Source: Clostridia bacterium (GTDB taxonomy: Bacteria > Bacillota > Clostridia > TANB77 > CAG-508). Taken from it: 64,000 bases of DNA. Made by a program: the position numbers and the translations under genes. The stretch is taken from assembly GCA_017510245.1 (NCBI GenBank), contig JAFWNQ010000003.1, positions 1,799-65,798 of the forward strand, in the 5' to 3' direction. Under the pieces are notes generated by a model, which was not told the origin of the DNA, ran no database searches, and saw only the letters and a list, made by a program, of their open reading frames with translations. Every line of letters starts with the position of its first letter. Position 1 is the stretch's first letter. Shown piece after piece: positions 1 through 9,868 of the stretch.

Positions 1-79
1 CGAATATTAAAAAAGAGAAGGTTTTAATTTTGGCTACATTTGTAGCTATTTAAACCTTCTTTTTTTGTTCAATATTATT

Positions 80-703
80 TTAGGCTTGACATTTAACTAC
101 TAATCTTTTCTTTCCACTTTCAGTACAAGTAATTAATGTTAGAACCTTTTTTCCATTAGTAATCTGGGAAGTACAGTTTAAATCACTTGCACTAACAATA
201 TACTTATTACGTACAAAATACTTTAAAGTATCTCCTTTATTACTTGTTAGTTTAACAGTGTCACCAATTTCTAGCTTATCTAAATTACTAAATTGTTCAT
301 TATTTTTGTTATTATGTCCAACAATGCAAAAATTCCCTACTTCATTAGCATTACAACCATAAAACTTGGTTGGAGATATTTTTAAATTAGGATAGCTTGT
401 TTCTGCTATAATAGGATAAAAAACATTTATTTTTTCAATATCTAAAATAGCCGCAACATTACTTACATCTTTTATTTTTGATTCTTTATTAGAATTAGTA
501 TCAGAGCTAGTATTAATTTCATTTTGAAATTCTAATATAGAGTTGTATTCTTCATAAACTTTAGCATATTTTTCTTTATCATAACTGTTTTGAGATTGAA
601 TTATCTTAATTAATAAAAGTGACAGTAATGTTAAGATAACAATTAATAGTGTATATATTATTTTTCTTTCAATACTAATTTTTCTTATTCTTTCTAAAAT
701 CAT
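80..703 (-). CDS. Sortase (class D-like), membrane anchored
   Basis: N-terminal TM; IVGHN, TLITC and KRLVV motifs give the His/Cys/Arg triad. Confidence 0.9.
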   Translation of the reverse strand: MILERIRKISIERKIIYTLLIVILTLLSLLLIKIIQSQNSYDKEKYAKVYEEYNSILEFQNEINTSSDTNSNKESKIKDVSNVAAILDIEKINVFYPIIAETSYPNLKISPTKFYGCNANEVGNFCIVGHNNKNNEQFSNLDKLEIGDTVKLTSNKGDTLKYFVRNKYIVSASDLNCTSQITNGKKVLTLITCTESGKKRLVVKCQA

Positions 704-1589
704 ATGTTAACATCCCGATTATTATAATAAATGTAGTTATTATTCCAAAAACTACGATATTGTTTAATGTATACGAACGTCCAGTTTGAGGTATTGTCTT
801 TGCAGTAGATACAGTATTGTCTGATTTAGATGGTGAAGATTCAGGAGTGGTAGTTTCATTACTAACTGAACTGCTTTCACTGTTAGAAGACTGAGATTGT
901 ACCATTGATGAAAGATTAAAACTCATACTTTTAGAACCCGATGCAGAATTGAAATCATTATCTAGTATTTTAAGAGTAGCAATTATACTTGCATTAGCTG
1001 TTTTTTCAATAGTTAAAGAAAAAGTATTTCCGTCTGAATAATTTATATCTCCACTATCATGAGTGCTTAAAGCAATAATAAGATTATCAAACAAATTAGA
1101 ACTTAGTAAGTTACTTAAATTAATATTATCAGATACATCTTCTAAATTATTAGATGAATTTCCTTCATCTACAAGCTTTCTTTTGATGTAGCTGTCTAAA
1201 CTTTTGATTTCAGATATAATATAATCAGTTGAATCATTTATAGTTTTTCCCTGCACATTTGAAGCAGCTATATATCCATATAAGACTGTTAATAATTCAG
1301 CTTTTATAGTTTCTGTTTTATCATCATCAAAAGTAACTTGCTTAATAAAAGAAATGTCTTCTTGATTGTAATCAAAACTATATGCATTAGTGTTATAGTT
1401 TAAGGATACTTTATTATCAGACAATTCAAAAGAAACAGCAGAATTACTTTCTGTTTGAATATTTTCAAAACTTGAAGTTAAGTTTTCTAATGTTAATGGT
1501 ACAAAAGCTGCAAAACATGTAGAAATAACACTGAATAATAATAATGAAATTAGTGTTAATACTAATAATATTTTTTGTGTTTTTTTCAT
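675..1589 (-). CDS. Secreted cell-wall-anchored protein, sortase substrate (IPQTG)
   Basis: Signal peptide; Ser/Thr-rich linker; IPQTG + hydrophobic helix + RKNKKN tail; overlaps the sortase gene. Confidence 0.8.
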   Translation of the reverse strand: MKKTQKILLVLTLISLLLFSVISTCFAAFVPLTLENLTSSFENIQTESNSAVSFELSDNKVSLNYNTNAYSFDYNQEDISFIKQVTFDDDKTETIKAELLTVLYGYIAASNVQGKTINDSTDYIISEIKSLDSYIKRKLVDEGNSSNNLEDVSDNINLSNLLSSNLFDNLIIALSTHDSGDINYSDGNTFSLTIEKTANASIIATLKILDNDFNSASGSKSMSFNLSSMVQSQSSNSESSSVSNETTTPESSPSKSDNTVSTAKTIPQTGRSYTLNNIVVFGIITTFIIIIGMLTYDFRKNKKN

Positions 1590-1798
1590 AATTTAATTCC
1601 TTTCAAAACTTAATAATATACAATTCTATATTAGCATATAGAAAATAGTATTTTCAATAAAACAACAAAAATGTAATAGTTATGTAAAAAAAATGTAATA
1701 TGAAATAAAAGAATTAGTTGAAAACAATAATAAAAAAACAAACATATAGTATAATATTACTATATGTTTGTTAATTTTACATAATATTTATTACTGTT

Positions 1799-2158
1799 TT
1801 ATCTACGATTACCACATATTCTTCGACAGCAACAAATTCTACTGCAAGAATTTATAGTAGTAGGCTGATTGACATTATTATTGTTATTTGTGGCTCGTTT
1901 ATTACAAATCTTATCTATAATTCCAGATAGTATACAAGTTAGGACTGCTGTAATGAAAGCAAGAACACCTAATCCAATTGCAGCGATTGTCAAAAGTGCA
2001 GTTGATTCAGTAAATATTAATGCTACTATTAGAAATGATACAAAGACTATAGCCGAAATCAATAAAGGGCTATTAATTAATTTTTGCAATGCTACAGAAA
2101 ATAATATTACAGCAAGTGGAATCACGATAAAATAAAGTATTATAGTTAAAGCATCCAT
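1799..2158 (-). CDS. Small membrane protein (YbeF/DUF2651-like) with Cys-rich tail, possibly sporulation-related
   Basis: Three TM segments, CSRICCCRRIC tail; upstream CATACAAT (sigmaE-type -10) on the minus strand. Confidence 0.55.
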   Translation of the reverse strand: MDALTIILYFIVIPLAVILFSVALQKLINSPLLISAIVFVSFLIVALIFTESTALLTIAAIGLGVLAFITAVLTCILSGIIDKICNKRATNNNNNVNQPTTINSCSRICCCRRICGNRR

Positions 2159-2221
2159 ACATACAACCTTTCTGGGGAAAAAACTTTCCTTATAATATTG
2201 TATGTATTAAGTAAAAAAATG

Positions 2222-4435
2222 TTATTGCTTTAAATTAACAATAGTAACTCCATAGTCTCCTTCACCGTAACTTCCTATTCTAAAAGAATCAACATATTTT
2301 GACTTTTTTAAATACTTATGGATTCCTTCACGCAACTTACCAGTACCTTTTCCATGAACAACTCTAACTTGATGCAAATGTGCCATTTTACAATTATCTA
2401 AATATTTATCAAGTTCTGCAACAGCACTATCTACAGTTTCGCCAAGTAAATTGATTTCTGCTGAAATACTTTTAGCTTTATTATTCTGTATATAAACTGA
2501 TTTTTTTGTTTTTTTAGAACTGTTAGATAGTTGATTTGTGTTTTTATTATTTAATTCAAGTAAGACACTTAAGTCTATGCCACTATTTTTTAACTTGTTA
2601 GCAGATGAGTTTAGTTTATTACGTAGAGCATTAGCTTCACTTAGATCAGAACTATCCATATTATTTAATCTTTTTATTATTTTACTAGATTCATCTTTGG
2701 CATCCAAAATAATCTGCCTAGCCTCTTTTTTAGCTTTTTCAATTTTTTCTTGCTCATGAATTAATTTATCTGAGTTTTCTAGCTCAAGTTTTTTTCTAAG
2801 TTGAGTAACCTGATTTAGATTCTTTTCTATTTCTTTTCTATCTTCTTCAATTTTAATTTTATTATCATATATTTGCTTCATTAGTGTTTCTATATCAGTA
2901 TCTGGTTTACTAATTAAGCTTGATGCACGAGTTATGATTTCTTCAGGGATTCCTAATTGCTTAGAAATTGCAAAAGCATTACTTTTTCCAGGGATACCTA
3001 ATAAAAGATGATAGGTAGGTTTTAATGTTTTTAAATCAAATTCTACACTTGCATTTTCAAAACCATCGTGTGTAAGACAATAGTTTTTAATCTCACTATA
3101 ATGAGTTGTAGCTATTGTAAAAGCACCTTTATTGTGAAAACTTTCAAGTAGACTAATGGCTAAATTAGAACCTTCAATGGGGTCTGTGCCAGCTCCCAGC
3201 TCATCGACTAATATCAAACTCTTCTCAGTAAAAGTATTTAAGATCTGAACAATATTACTGATGTGTGCTGAAAAAGTACTAAGTGAAGACTCAATACTTT
3301 GTTCATCACCAATATCAGCATAAATATTATCGAAGATTTTAATACAGCTTCCTTCATTAACTGGAATGTGCAAACCTGACTGAGCCATAGCACAAAGAAG
3401 GCCAACCGTTTTTAAAGAAACCGTTTTTCCACCAGTATTAGGACCAGTAATTACAAGAGTTTTAAAATCTTTTTTTCCAATATTAATATTAATAGGAACA
3501 ACTAATTCTTTACTAATTAATGGATGTCTAGCTTTTTTTAAATCTATAAAAGAAGCAATCTCAGGACAAGTATAATCATCAGATATCGATATTTTTGCTT
3601 TTGCATTTATAAAATCAAGTTTACCAATTAGATAATAAGTGTGTTCAATATCATTCACAACTGGAATTAATAGTTGTGAAAGATTTTCAAGTATTTTTTC
3701 TATTTCTTTATTTTCTTCGATTAATAAATCATTAAGTTTATTATTCATTTCAAAAGTGGGTAAAGGTTCAATATATAGAGTAGACCCACTACTGGATACA
3801 TCATGGACAAACCCCTTAACTTTAACTCTATATTCTTCTTTTATAGGAATAACAAATCTTTCATTTCTAATTGTAACGATTGGATCCATTATATACTTTG
3901 AGTAAGAGCTTGAATGAATCATTGCATTTAATTTGTTTCTGATAGCAAGTTCTATATTTTTTTTATTTCTCCTAATTGAAGCAAGGGTAGATGATGCATT
4001 ATCAGCTATTTCATTTTCTGAAATAATACTCTTAAAAATTTTAGTTTCAATACTGTCATTAGAATACAATTCTTCGAAAAAAATGCTTATATGAGGAATT
4101 TCAACATTAGAGTCTTTTGAATACTTTTTTAATTCTCTAGCTGTTTTTAAAATAGTAGCTATTTCTATAAGAGATTTAGCTGATAAGTTTATTTTACTTT
4201 TTAGCTTTTTTATATTTAAAGTTTGATCATCAATTTCAAATATAGGAAGAGAACCACAAGAATGATTCAAGCAAACAGCTTCAGTGGTCTCAAAAAGAGC
4301 TGACTTAACATCTTCTTCTTTAGAATAGGGAGTTAAATCTTTAGCTATTTTTTTACCATTATAAGTATAGCAATTCTCTGCTAATTTATTTTTAATTGCA
4401 TTAAATTCTAATTTATCTAGAAATTTCTTTATCAT
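2222..4435 (-). CDS. mutS2: MutS2 family ATPase with Smr domain
   Basis: ITGPNTGGKT Walker A, DIGDEQS, DELGAGTDP, TTHY, C-terminal Smr VHGKGTG. Confidence 0.95.
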   Translation of the reverse strand: MIKKFLDKLEFNAIKNKLAENCYTYNGKKIAKDLTPYSKEEDVKSALFETTEAVCLNHSCGSLPIFEIDDQTLNIKKLKSKINLSAKSLIEIATILKTARELKKYSKDSNVEIPHISIFFEELYSNDSIETKIFKSIISENEIADNASSTLASIRRNKKNIELAIRNKLNAMIHSSSYSKYIMDPIVTIRNERFVIPIKEEYRVKVKGFVHDVSSSGSTLYIEPLPTFEMNNKLNDLLIEENKEIEKILENLSQLLIPVVNDIEHTYYLIGKLDFINAKAKISISDDYTCPEIASFIDLKKARHPLISKELVVPININIGKKDFKTLVITGPNTGGKTVSLKTVGLLCAMAQSGLHIPVNEGSCIKIFDNIYADIGDEQSIESSLSTFSAHISNIVQILNTFTEKSLILVDELGAGTDPIEGSNLAISLLESFHNKGAFTIATTHYSEIKNYCLTHDGFENASVEFDLKTLKPTYHLLLGIPGKSNAFAISKQLGIPEEIITRASSLISKPDTDIETLMKQIYDNKIKIEEDRKEIEKNLNQVTQLRKKLELENSDKLIHEQEKIEKAKKEARQIILDAKDESSKIIKRLNNMDSSDLSEANALRNKLNSSANKLKNSGIDLSVLLELNNKNTNQLSNSSKKTKKSVYIQNNKAKSISAEINLLGETVDSAVAELDKYLDNCKMAHLHQVRVVHGKGTGKLREGIHKYLKKSKYVDSFRIGSYGEGDYGVTIVNLKQ

Positions 4436-4677
4436 TATATAGTACCAATCCTTTCAATATCAATTATAAGAGCGTTAGATAAAAAAGTCAAATGAAAAGA
4501 ATATCTGGTTAATTTAGTTTTCATAATTTTTACATTTGACGCATAAAAAACGATAATTATAAATTATAAGAACATTCACAAAAGCAAAAAATAATAATAT
4601 ATTAAATTTAGTCAATAATTAACTAAAAAACGTGAATAATAAATGTAGCATTTAAATGTAGAAAGAAGGGAAAATTT

Positions 4678-5001
4678 ATGGACAATATAAGTGAGCATAT
4701 TGGACAAAAGTTTCAAGAGTGTAGGCAGAACAATAATTTAACACAAGGGGAAGTAGCTGAACTAGCAGGCATGGAACCAAGATATATTAGTCAAATAGAA
4801 AGAGGTATATCTAAAGGAAGTATTGATACTCTTTTAAAACTTTGTAATGCATATAGAATTACACCAGACGTAATACTATATGATTTACTTGATGAAGAAG
4901 TAAAAAAGTCTATAGAATTTTATGATGAGAAATTTAAGAAATTATCAAAAAGAGATAAAGAAACAGTAGATGTAATAATAGATCATTTATTAAACAATTA
5001 G
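4678..5001 (+). CDS. XRE/Cro-type HTH regulator
   Basis: LTQGEVAELAG...YISQIERG HTH pattern. Confidence 0.9.
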   Translation: MDNISEHIGQKFQECRQNNNLTQGEVAELAGMEPRYISQIERGISKGSIDTLLKLCNAYRITPDVILYDLLDEEVKKSIEFYDEKFKKLSKRDKETVDVIIDHLLNN

Positions 5002-5019
5002 TATATAAGTAAAAAGTAT

Positions 5020-5076
5020 AAAAAAGGACATCAAACAAAGATGGCAGTTATGCTATTTTTGAGAGGTGTCCTTTTT
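5020..5076. terminator. Bidirectional intrinsic terminator
   Basis: aaaaaaggaca...tgtccttttt inverted repeat between convergent genes. Confidence 0.7.
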
Positions 5077-5105
5077 ATGAATAGTTTAGTATTTGAGTTT
5101 TAGAA

Positions 5106-6587
5106 TTACAGAATTATACATATTAATCCTCCAGAACCTTCATTTACAATTCTTTCTAAGGTCTGTTGCAGTTTTATTTGAGCATCTTCTGGCATACAGT
5201 AAAGCTTGTTTTGAAGTCCTTCATTTACTAATTCGTGTAAGCTTCTTCCAAAAATGTTAGACTGCCAAATTTCTTTAGGATCATTCTCAAATTGAGAAAG
5301 CAAGTATTTAACTAAATCTTCTGATTGCTTTTCACTTCCAACAATCGGAGAAATTTCTGTTTCTACATCAGTTTTGATAAGATGAATAGAAGGAGCTTTT
5401 GCTTTTAATTTAACTCCATATTTAGAACCTTGCTTTACCATTTCTGGTTCATCCAGTATAAGGTCTTCAATAGAAGGAGTTATTATTCCATAACCTTTAG
5501 CTTTTACTTCTTCAATAGCAGGGAGAATTTTATCATATTGAGATTTGATTTTTGCAAAAGAGCAAAAAGTTGAAAACATATCATATTCTGATGAGATTTT
5601 TGCATTGGACATTTCTGATAATATTTTATAAAACAAGTCGGGATTAATACCTAATTTAACTGAAACACTACCAGTACCTAAATCTATTTCATCAATGTTG
5701 GAAGAAGTAATAATATCATTAGTTGATGTATTGGAAACAATAAAACTAACTTCTCTTATAATTCTAGCTTCAGAAAAAGAATTTTTAATTTCTTTAAAAA
5801 TTTGTTGTTTTAACCAATGGTCGCTATCTAAAGCATCTATCCAAGAAGGATATGTAATGTTTATCCTTTGAATAGGAAATTCAAATAGAAGTTTACCAAA
5901 TATCTCATTGATGTTTTCAATTGTAAGCTTTGAACAATCCATTGGAATGACTGAAACATTATACTTTTCTTGCAAAGAAGAAGATAATTGCTTGGTTTTT
6001 TCTGAATAAGGATCAGATGAATTTAGTATTACTATAAAAGGTTTATTTAACTCAGATAATTCATTAACAACCCTTTCTTCTGCTAAAATATAATCATCTC
6101 TACTAATTTCACTAAAGCTTCCATCAGTAGTTACTAATATTCCAACAGTAGAATGATCTTGAATAACTTTTTTAGTACCTATTTCAGCTGCTTCTTGAAA
6201 TGGAATTTCTTTATCAGACCATGGAGTTTTTACCATCCTTGGAACCTCATCTTCCATATATCCAATTGCATTATTAACCAAATATCCAACACAGTCTACA
6301 AGTCTAGTTTTAAATTTAACGTTATTATCTATAGTTATTGGAATGGCTTCATTAGGAACAAATTTAGGTTCTGTTGTCATAATTGTTTTTCCTGAACCAC
6401 TTTGTGGAAGCTCATCTTGAGTCCTTTCTTTTTGATATTCATTATCAATATTTGGAATAACGACCAAGTCCATAAATTTTTTTATAAAAGTTGATTTTCC
6501 AGTTCTGACAGGGCCAACTACACCAACATATATGTCACCATTTGTACGATTAGCGATATCTTCATACAGTTTTAAATTTTCTTTCAT
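5106..6587 (-). CDS. spoIVA: Stage IV sporulation protein A
   Basis: GVVGPVRTGKSTFIK, TTEPKFVP, C-terminal GGLICIIL; start moved to MKENL after a GAAAGGA RBS. Confidence 0.97.
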   Translation of the reverse strand: MKENLKLYEDIANRTNGDIYVGVVGPVRTGKSTFIKKFMDLVVIPNIDNEYQKERTQDELPQSGSGKTIMTTEPKFVPNEAIPITIDNNVKFKTRLVDCVGYLVNNAIGYMEDEVPRMVKTPWSDKEIPFQEAAEIGTKKVIQDHSTVGILVTTDGSFSEISRDDYILAEERVVNELSELNKPFIVILNSSDPYSEKTKQLSSSLQEKYNVSVIPMDCSKLTIENINEIFGKLLFEFPIQRINITYPSWIDALDSDHWLKQQIFKEIKNSFSEARIIREVSFIVSNTSTNDIITSSNIDEIDLGTGSVSVKLGINPDLFYKILSEMSNAKISSEYDMFSTFCSFAKIKSQYDKILPAIEEVKAKGYGIITPSIEDLILDEPEMVKQGSKYGVKLKAKAPSIHLIKTDVETEISPIVGSEKQSEDLVKYLLSQFENDPKEIWQSNIFGRSLHELVNEGLQNKLYCMPEDAQIKLQQTLERIVNEGSGGLICIIL

Positions 6588-6785
6588 TATATAATCCTTT
6601 CTCATACAAGTTTTATTAAAGTATATTAGTTTATTTTTAAATTATGACATTGTAAGTCCTATTTTTAACTAAATAGTTGAATTTAACATATATTTATGAT
6701 AGAATATCCTAAGTTGGAAATTTTCATTTTATAGAGTTTTATACAATATTAAATATTGTTAAAACAGCGAAGAAGGGGTAATAAT

Positions 6786-8018
6786 ATGGAAAACTTAAAA
6801 GAAGTTCTTTTAAAAAATCATCAAGATCATTTATTAAAATATCTTGAGATAGCTAATGAAGATGAGAAACAAAAAATGATAAAACAAATAGATAATATAG
6901 ATTTTGAACAATTAAATAAACTATATAAAATAAGTAAAAATAATAATTTTAACACAAATTGTAAGATAGAGCATTCTAGTTTTGTGGACAAAAGTAAGTT
7001 AACAATTGATGAACTAGAAGAGCTAAAAGAAGTGGGCAAAAATATAATCAAATCTGGTAAATATGCTGTTGTTACTATGGCTGGGGGACAAGGAACAAGA
7101 CTTGGACATGATGGACCAAAGGGAACATTCTTGCTTAATGTAAATCCTAAGCCAAAGTACTTATTTGAATTAATTGCAGAAGGGTTAATAAGGGCTAATA
7201 AAAAATATAACATAACATTAAATTGGTATATTATGACAAGTACTGAGAACAATGACAAAACAGTGGAATTCTTTAAAGAACATGAATACTTTGGATATCC
7301 TAAAGAGAGTATCATGTTTTTTGAACAGGGAAATATGCCATTTTTAAGTGAAGAAGGAAAACTACTAGTTGATGACAGTTTTAATATTAAATATGCTGCA
7401 GATGGTAATGGATGTATTTATAAATCAATGTTAAAAGATGGCGTTATAGATGATATGAAAAATAAAGGAATTAAATGGATCTTTGTGGGATCAGTTGATA
7501 ACGCACTAGTAAACATGGTAGATACAGTGTTAATTGGATTAACAATAAAAGAAAACAATGAAATAGGATCTAGATCAATAGTAAAATCAAATCCTCATGA
7601 ACCAGTTGGAGTATTCTGCAAAAAGAATGGAGTACCAGCTGTTATAGAATACTCAGAGATTTCTAAGGAGATGGCAGAAGCAACAGACGATGATGGAGAA
7701 CTTTTATATGGAGAATCAAATATTATGGCTCATTTATATAGCATAGATGCTATTGAAAAAATAAGTAAACATGACTTGCCTTACCATAGTGCACATAAAA
7801 AAGCTCCTTATATGAAAGAAAATGGAGAACTAGTTAATCCAACAAAACCTAATGCTTACAAGTACGAAGCTTTTATATTTGATGGATTTAGCTATTTTGA
7901 TAATATGTCAGTGCTAAGAGTAAAAAGAGAGGAAAACTTTGCGCCAATAAAAAACAAAGAAGGGAATGATAGCCCTGAAACAGCAATAAAACTATACAAC
8001 AACTTCTGGCATGTCTAA
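6786..8018 (+). CDS. UDP-N-acetylhexosamine/UDP-sugar pyrophosphorylase (UAP/UDPGP family)
   Basis: MAGGQGTRLG...PKG, DGNG, SVDN, VIEYSE, YKYEAFIFD, FAPIKN. Confidence 0.9.
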   Translation: MENLKEVLLKNHQDHLLKYLEIANEDEKQKMIKQIDNIDFEQLNKLYKISKNNNFNTNCKIEHSSFVDKSKLTIDELEELKEVGKNIIKSGKYAVVTMAGGQGTRLGHDGPKGTFLLNVNPKPKYLFELIAEGLIRANKKYNITLNWYIMTSTENNDKTVEFFKEHEYFGYPKESIMFFEQGNMPFLSEEGKLLVDDSFNIKYAADGNGCIYKSMLKDGVIDDMKNKGIKWIFVGSVDNALVNMVDTVLIGLTIKENNEIGSRSIVKSNPHEPVGVFCKKNGVPAVIEYSEISKEMAEATDDDGELLYGESNIMAHLYSIDAIEKISKHDLPYHSAHKKAPYMKENGELVNPTKPNAYKYEAFIFDGFSYFDNMSVLRVKREENFAPIKNKEGNDSPETAIKLYNNFWHV

Positions 8019-8071
8019 ACATTCAAAAAAATATACTCAAAAGCAGGAACCTAAGATAGGAGAAAAATCTA

Positions 8072-8566
8072 GTGAAAAAGGCAAAAAAGATAAGAGATTT
8101 AATAATACTAATTATAATAGTCTTTTTAATTTTTGGTGTTTTATATATACTAGTTAATAAAGAAGCGAAAAAAGTTAGACCTGGTATTGGTATGCATCCT
8201 AGTTGTACGCAAGAAGCAATGACACATAATTATACATTTGAAGAATATTGGGGAAATAAAGTTTCAACAACTGAGGTGAAACAGCTTGTTAGTTTAATAA
8301 ATATAAATAATAATAATTTTAAAGAAATGAATCAGATTGAGGGAATTATTTTTATAAATGGTTACAAGATAGATAGTATGGAATTTAAGGAAGAAACATA
8401 TTATATAGTTGAACCATCTAATGGAAAGACTGTCAAGCCAACAACCGAAGATAAAGTAGCAATAAATGAAGTTGCGCCAGATGGAAGATTTAATATAAAT
8501 AAAGTGGCAGGATATTATAGTAATGGGTATATTAGAAATATTAATATCATTCCAGTAGATAATTAA
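8072..8566 (+). CDS. Hypothetical membrane-anchored protein
   Basis: AGGAG RBS, GTG start, single N-terminal TM. Confidence 0.65.
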   Translation: MKKAKKIRDLIILIIIVFLIFGVLYILVNKEAKKVRPGIGMHPSCTQEAMTHNYTFEEYWGNKVSTTEVKQLVSLININNNNFKEMNQIEGIIFINGYKIDSMEFKEETYYIVEPSNGKTVKPTTEDKVAINEVAPDGRFNINKVAGYYSNGYIRNINIIPVDN

Positions 8567-8606
8567 TATATATATAAATCTGAGAGGTAAGGAAAGAGGA
8601 GAAATA

Positions 8607-9272
8607 ATGGAAGAATGCAAAATAATTAATCTATATAATTTAGAAGAAACAATTGCAAAAGACTTAATAGAAAAATATACATACCCATGGGAGGTATTAC
8701 CACATATTAGTGATTTTATTATAGAATTAGGAAACAGTCTTCCAGAAGAAGAATATACAAAAATAGGGGAAAATGTGTGGATTCATAATACTGCAAAAGT
8801 GTTTGAATCAGCTTATATAAATGGACCAACAATTATATGCAAAAATGCAGAAGTTAGACATTGTGCTTTCATAAGAGGAAGTGCAATTGTAGGAGAGAGT
8901 GCAACGGTTGGAAATTCAACAGAACTTAAAAATGTGATTTTATTTAATGATGTGGAAGTACCTCATTATAATTATGTGGGAGATTCAATACTAGGATACA
9001 AAGCTCATATGGGTGCTGGCTCAATAACATCAAACATAAAATCAGATAGAAAAAATATCATAATAAAAAAAGACGATAAAAAGATAGAAACTGGATTAAG
9101 AAAAATTGGAGCGATGCTAGGAGACAATGTAGAAGTCGGCTGTAGCTCTGTTTTAAATCCAGGATCTATTGTAGGGAAAAATACAAATGTATATCCTTTG
9201 TCATCAGTTAGAGGAGTAATACCAGCAAACAGTATTTATAAAAACAAAAATGAAGTAGTGGATAAAATATAG
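8607..9272 (+). CDS. Left-handed beta-helix acetyltransferase (GlmU C-domain-like)
   Basis: Hexapeptide repeats, GNSTELKN, PHYNYVGDSILG, MGAGSITSN. Confidence 0.85.
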   Translation: MEECKIINLYNLEETIAKDLIEKYTYPWEVLPHISDFIIELGNSLPEEEYTKIGENVWIHNTAKVFESAYINGPTIICKNAEVRHCAFIRGSAIVGESATVGNSTELKNVILFNDVEVPHYNYVGDSILGYKAHMGAGSITSNIKSDRKNIIIKKDDKKIETGLRKIGAMLGDNVEVGCSSVLNPGSIVGKNTNVYPLSSVRGVIPANSIYKNKNEVVDKI

Positions 9273-9459
9273 TTTTAACATTATGATTAGAGGCGAGCAA
9301 GTTTTAAAGAAGACTTGTGCTTGCTTGCCTCTAAAAGAGAAAGTTAAAGGATTTACTATATTAATTATTGATTTTTGAAAAATGGTATGTTAAAATAAAA
9401 AAAGCGGTAACCCAAAAGGAATAAGTAACCGATAATTCGTGAGTAATAATTAAATATAT

Positions 9460-9534
9460 TGGGGTGTAGCCAAGCGGTAAGGCAGGGGACTCTGACTCCT
9501 CGATGCGTGGGTTCGAATCCTACCACCCCAACCA
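9460..9534 (+). tRNA. tRNA-Gln (anticodon CTG)
   Basis: TGGGGTG/CACCCCA acceptor stem, AGCCAAGCGGTAAGGC D arm, CT-CTG-AC loop, GTTCGAATC T loop, encoded CCA. Confidence 0.97.
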
Positions 9535-9741
9535 TAGAAATAAGGTAACCAAGTCTGTGATACTAATGTGTTTGCTATTACAACATCAATTAGCAAAGGC
9601 TAGGTTATTTTTTTTTCTTGCAAAATATGGAAAAATATGTTAAAATACTAAATATGATTTTTTCAAAAAAATTTTTTCTAAAAAAAAACCCATAAAAAAA
9701 CAAAATAATATGCATAATATATATAAAGGAGGTGCGTTTAT

Positions 9742-9846
9742 ATTTTAGCAATAGGAATAATAATTGGATTTATATTTGGCTCTATAGTAACATTAGTTTT
9801 GTATGCTTGCATTTTAGCAGGAAAAAGATATAATATATATGAATAA
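9742..9846 (+). CDS. Small single-TM protein (34 aa, DUF3789-like), non-canonical ATT start
   Basis: AAGGAGGTG RBS 7 nt before ATT; (M)LAIGIIIGFIFGSIVTLVLYACILAGKRYNIYE; upstream in-frame TAA excludes an ATG start. Confidence 0.55.
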   Translation: MLAIGIIIGFIFGSIVTLVLYACILAGKRYNIYE

Positions 9847-9868
9847 TAGATTTAAAGGAATGATTAAG

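Noticed and set aside
9460-9740. Genomic island integrated at tRNA-Gln
   Set aside because: No integrase or duplicated tRNA 3' end; housekeeping genes follow
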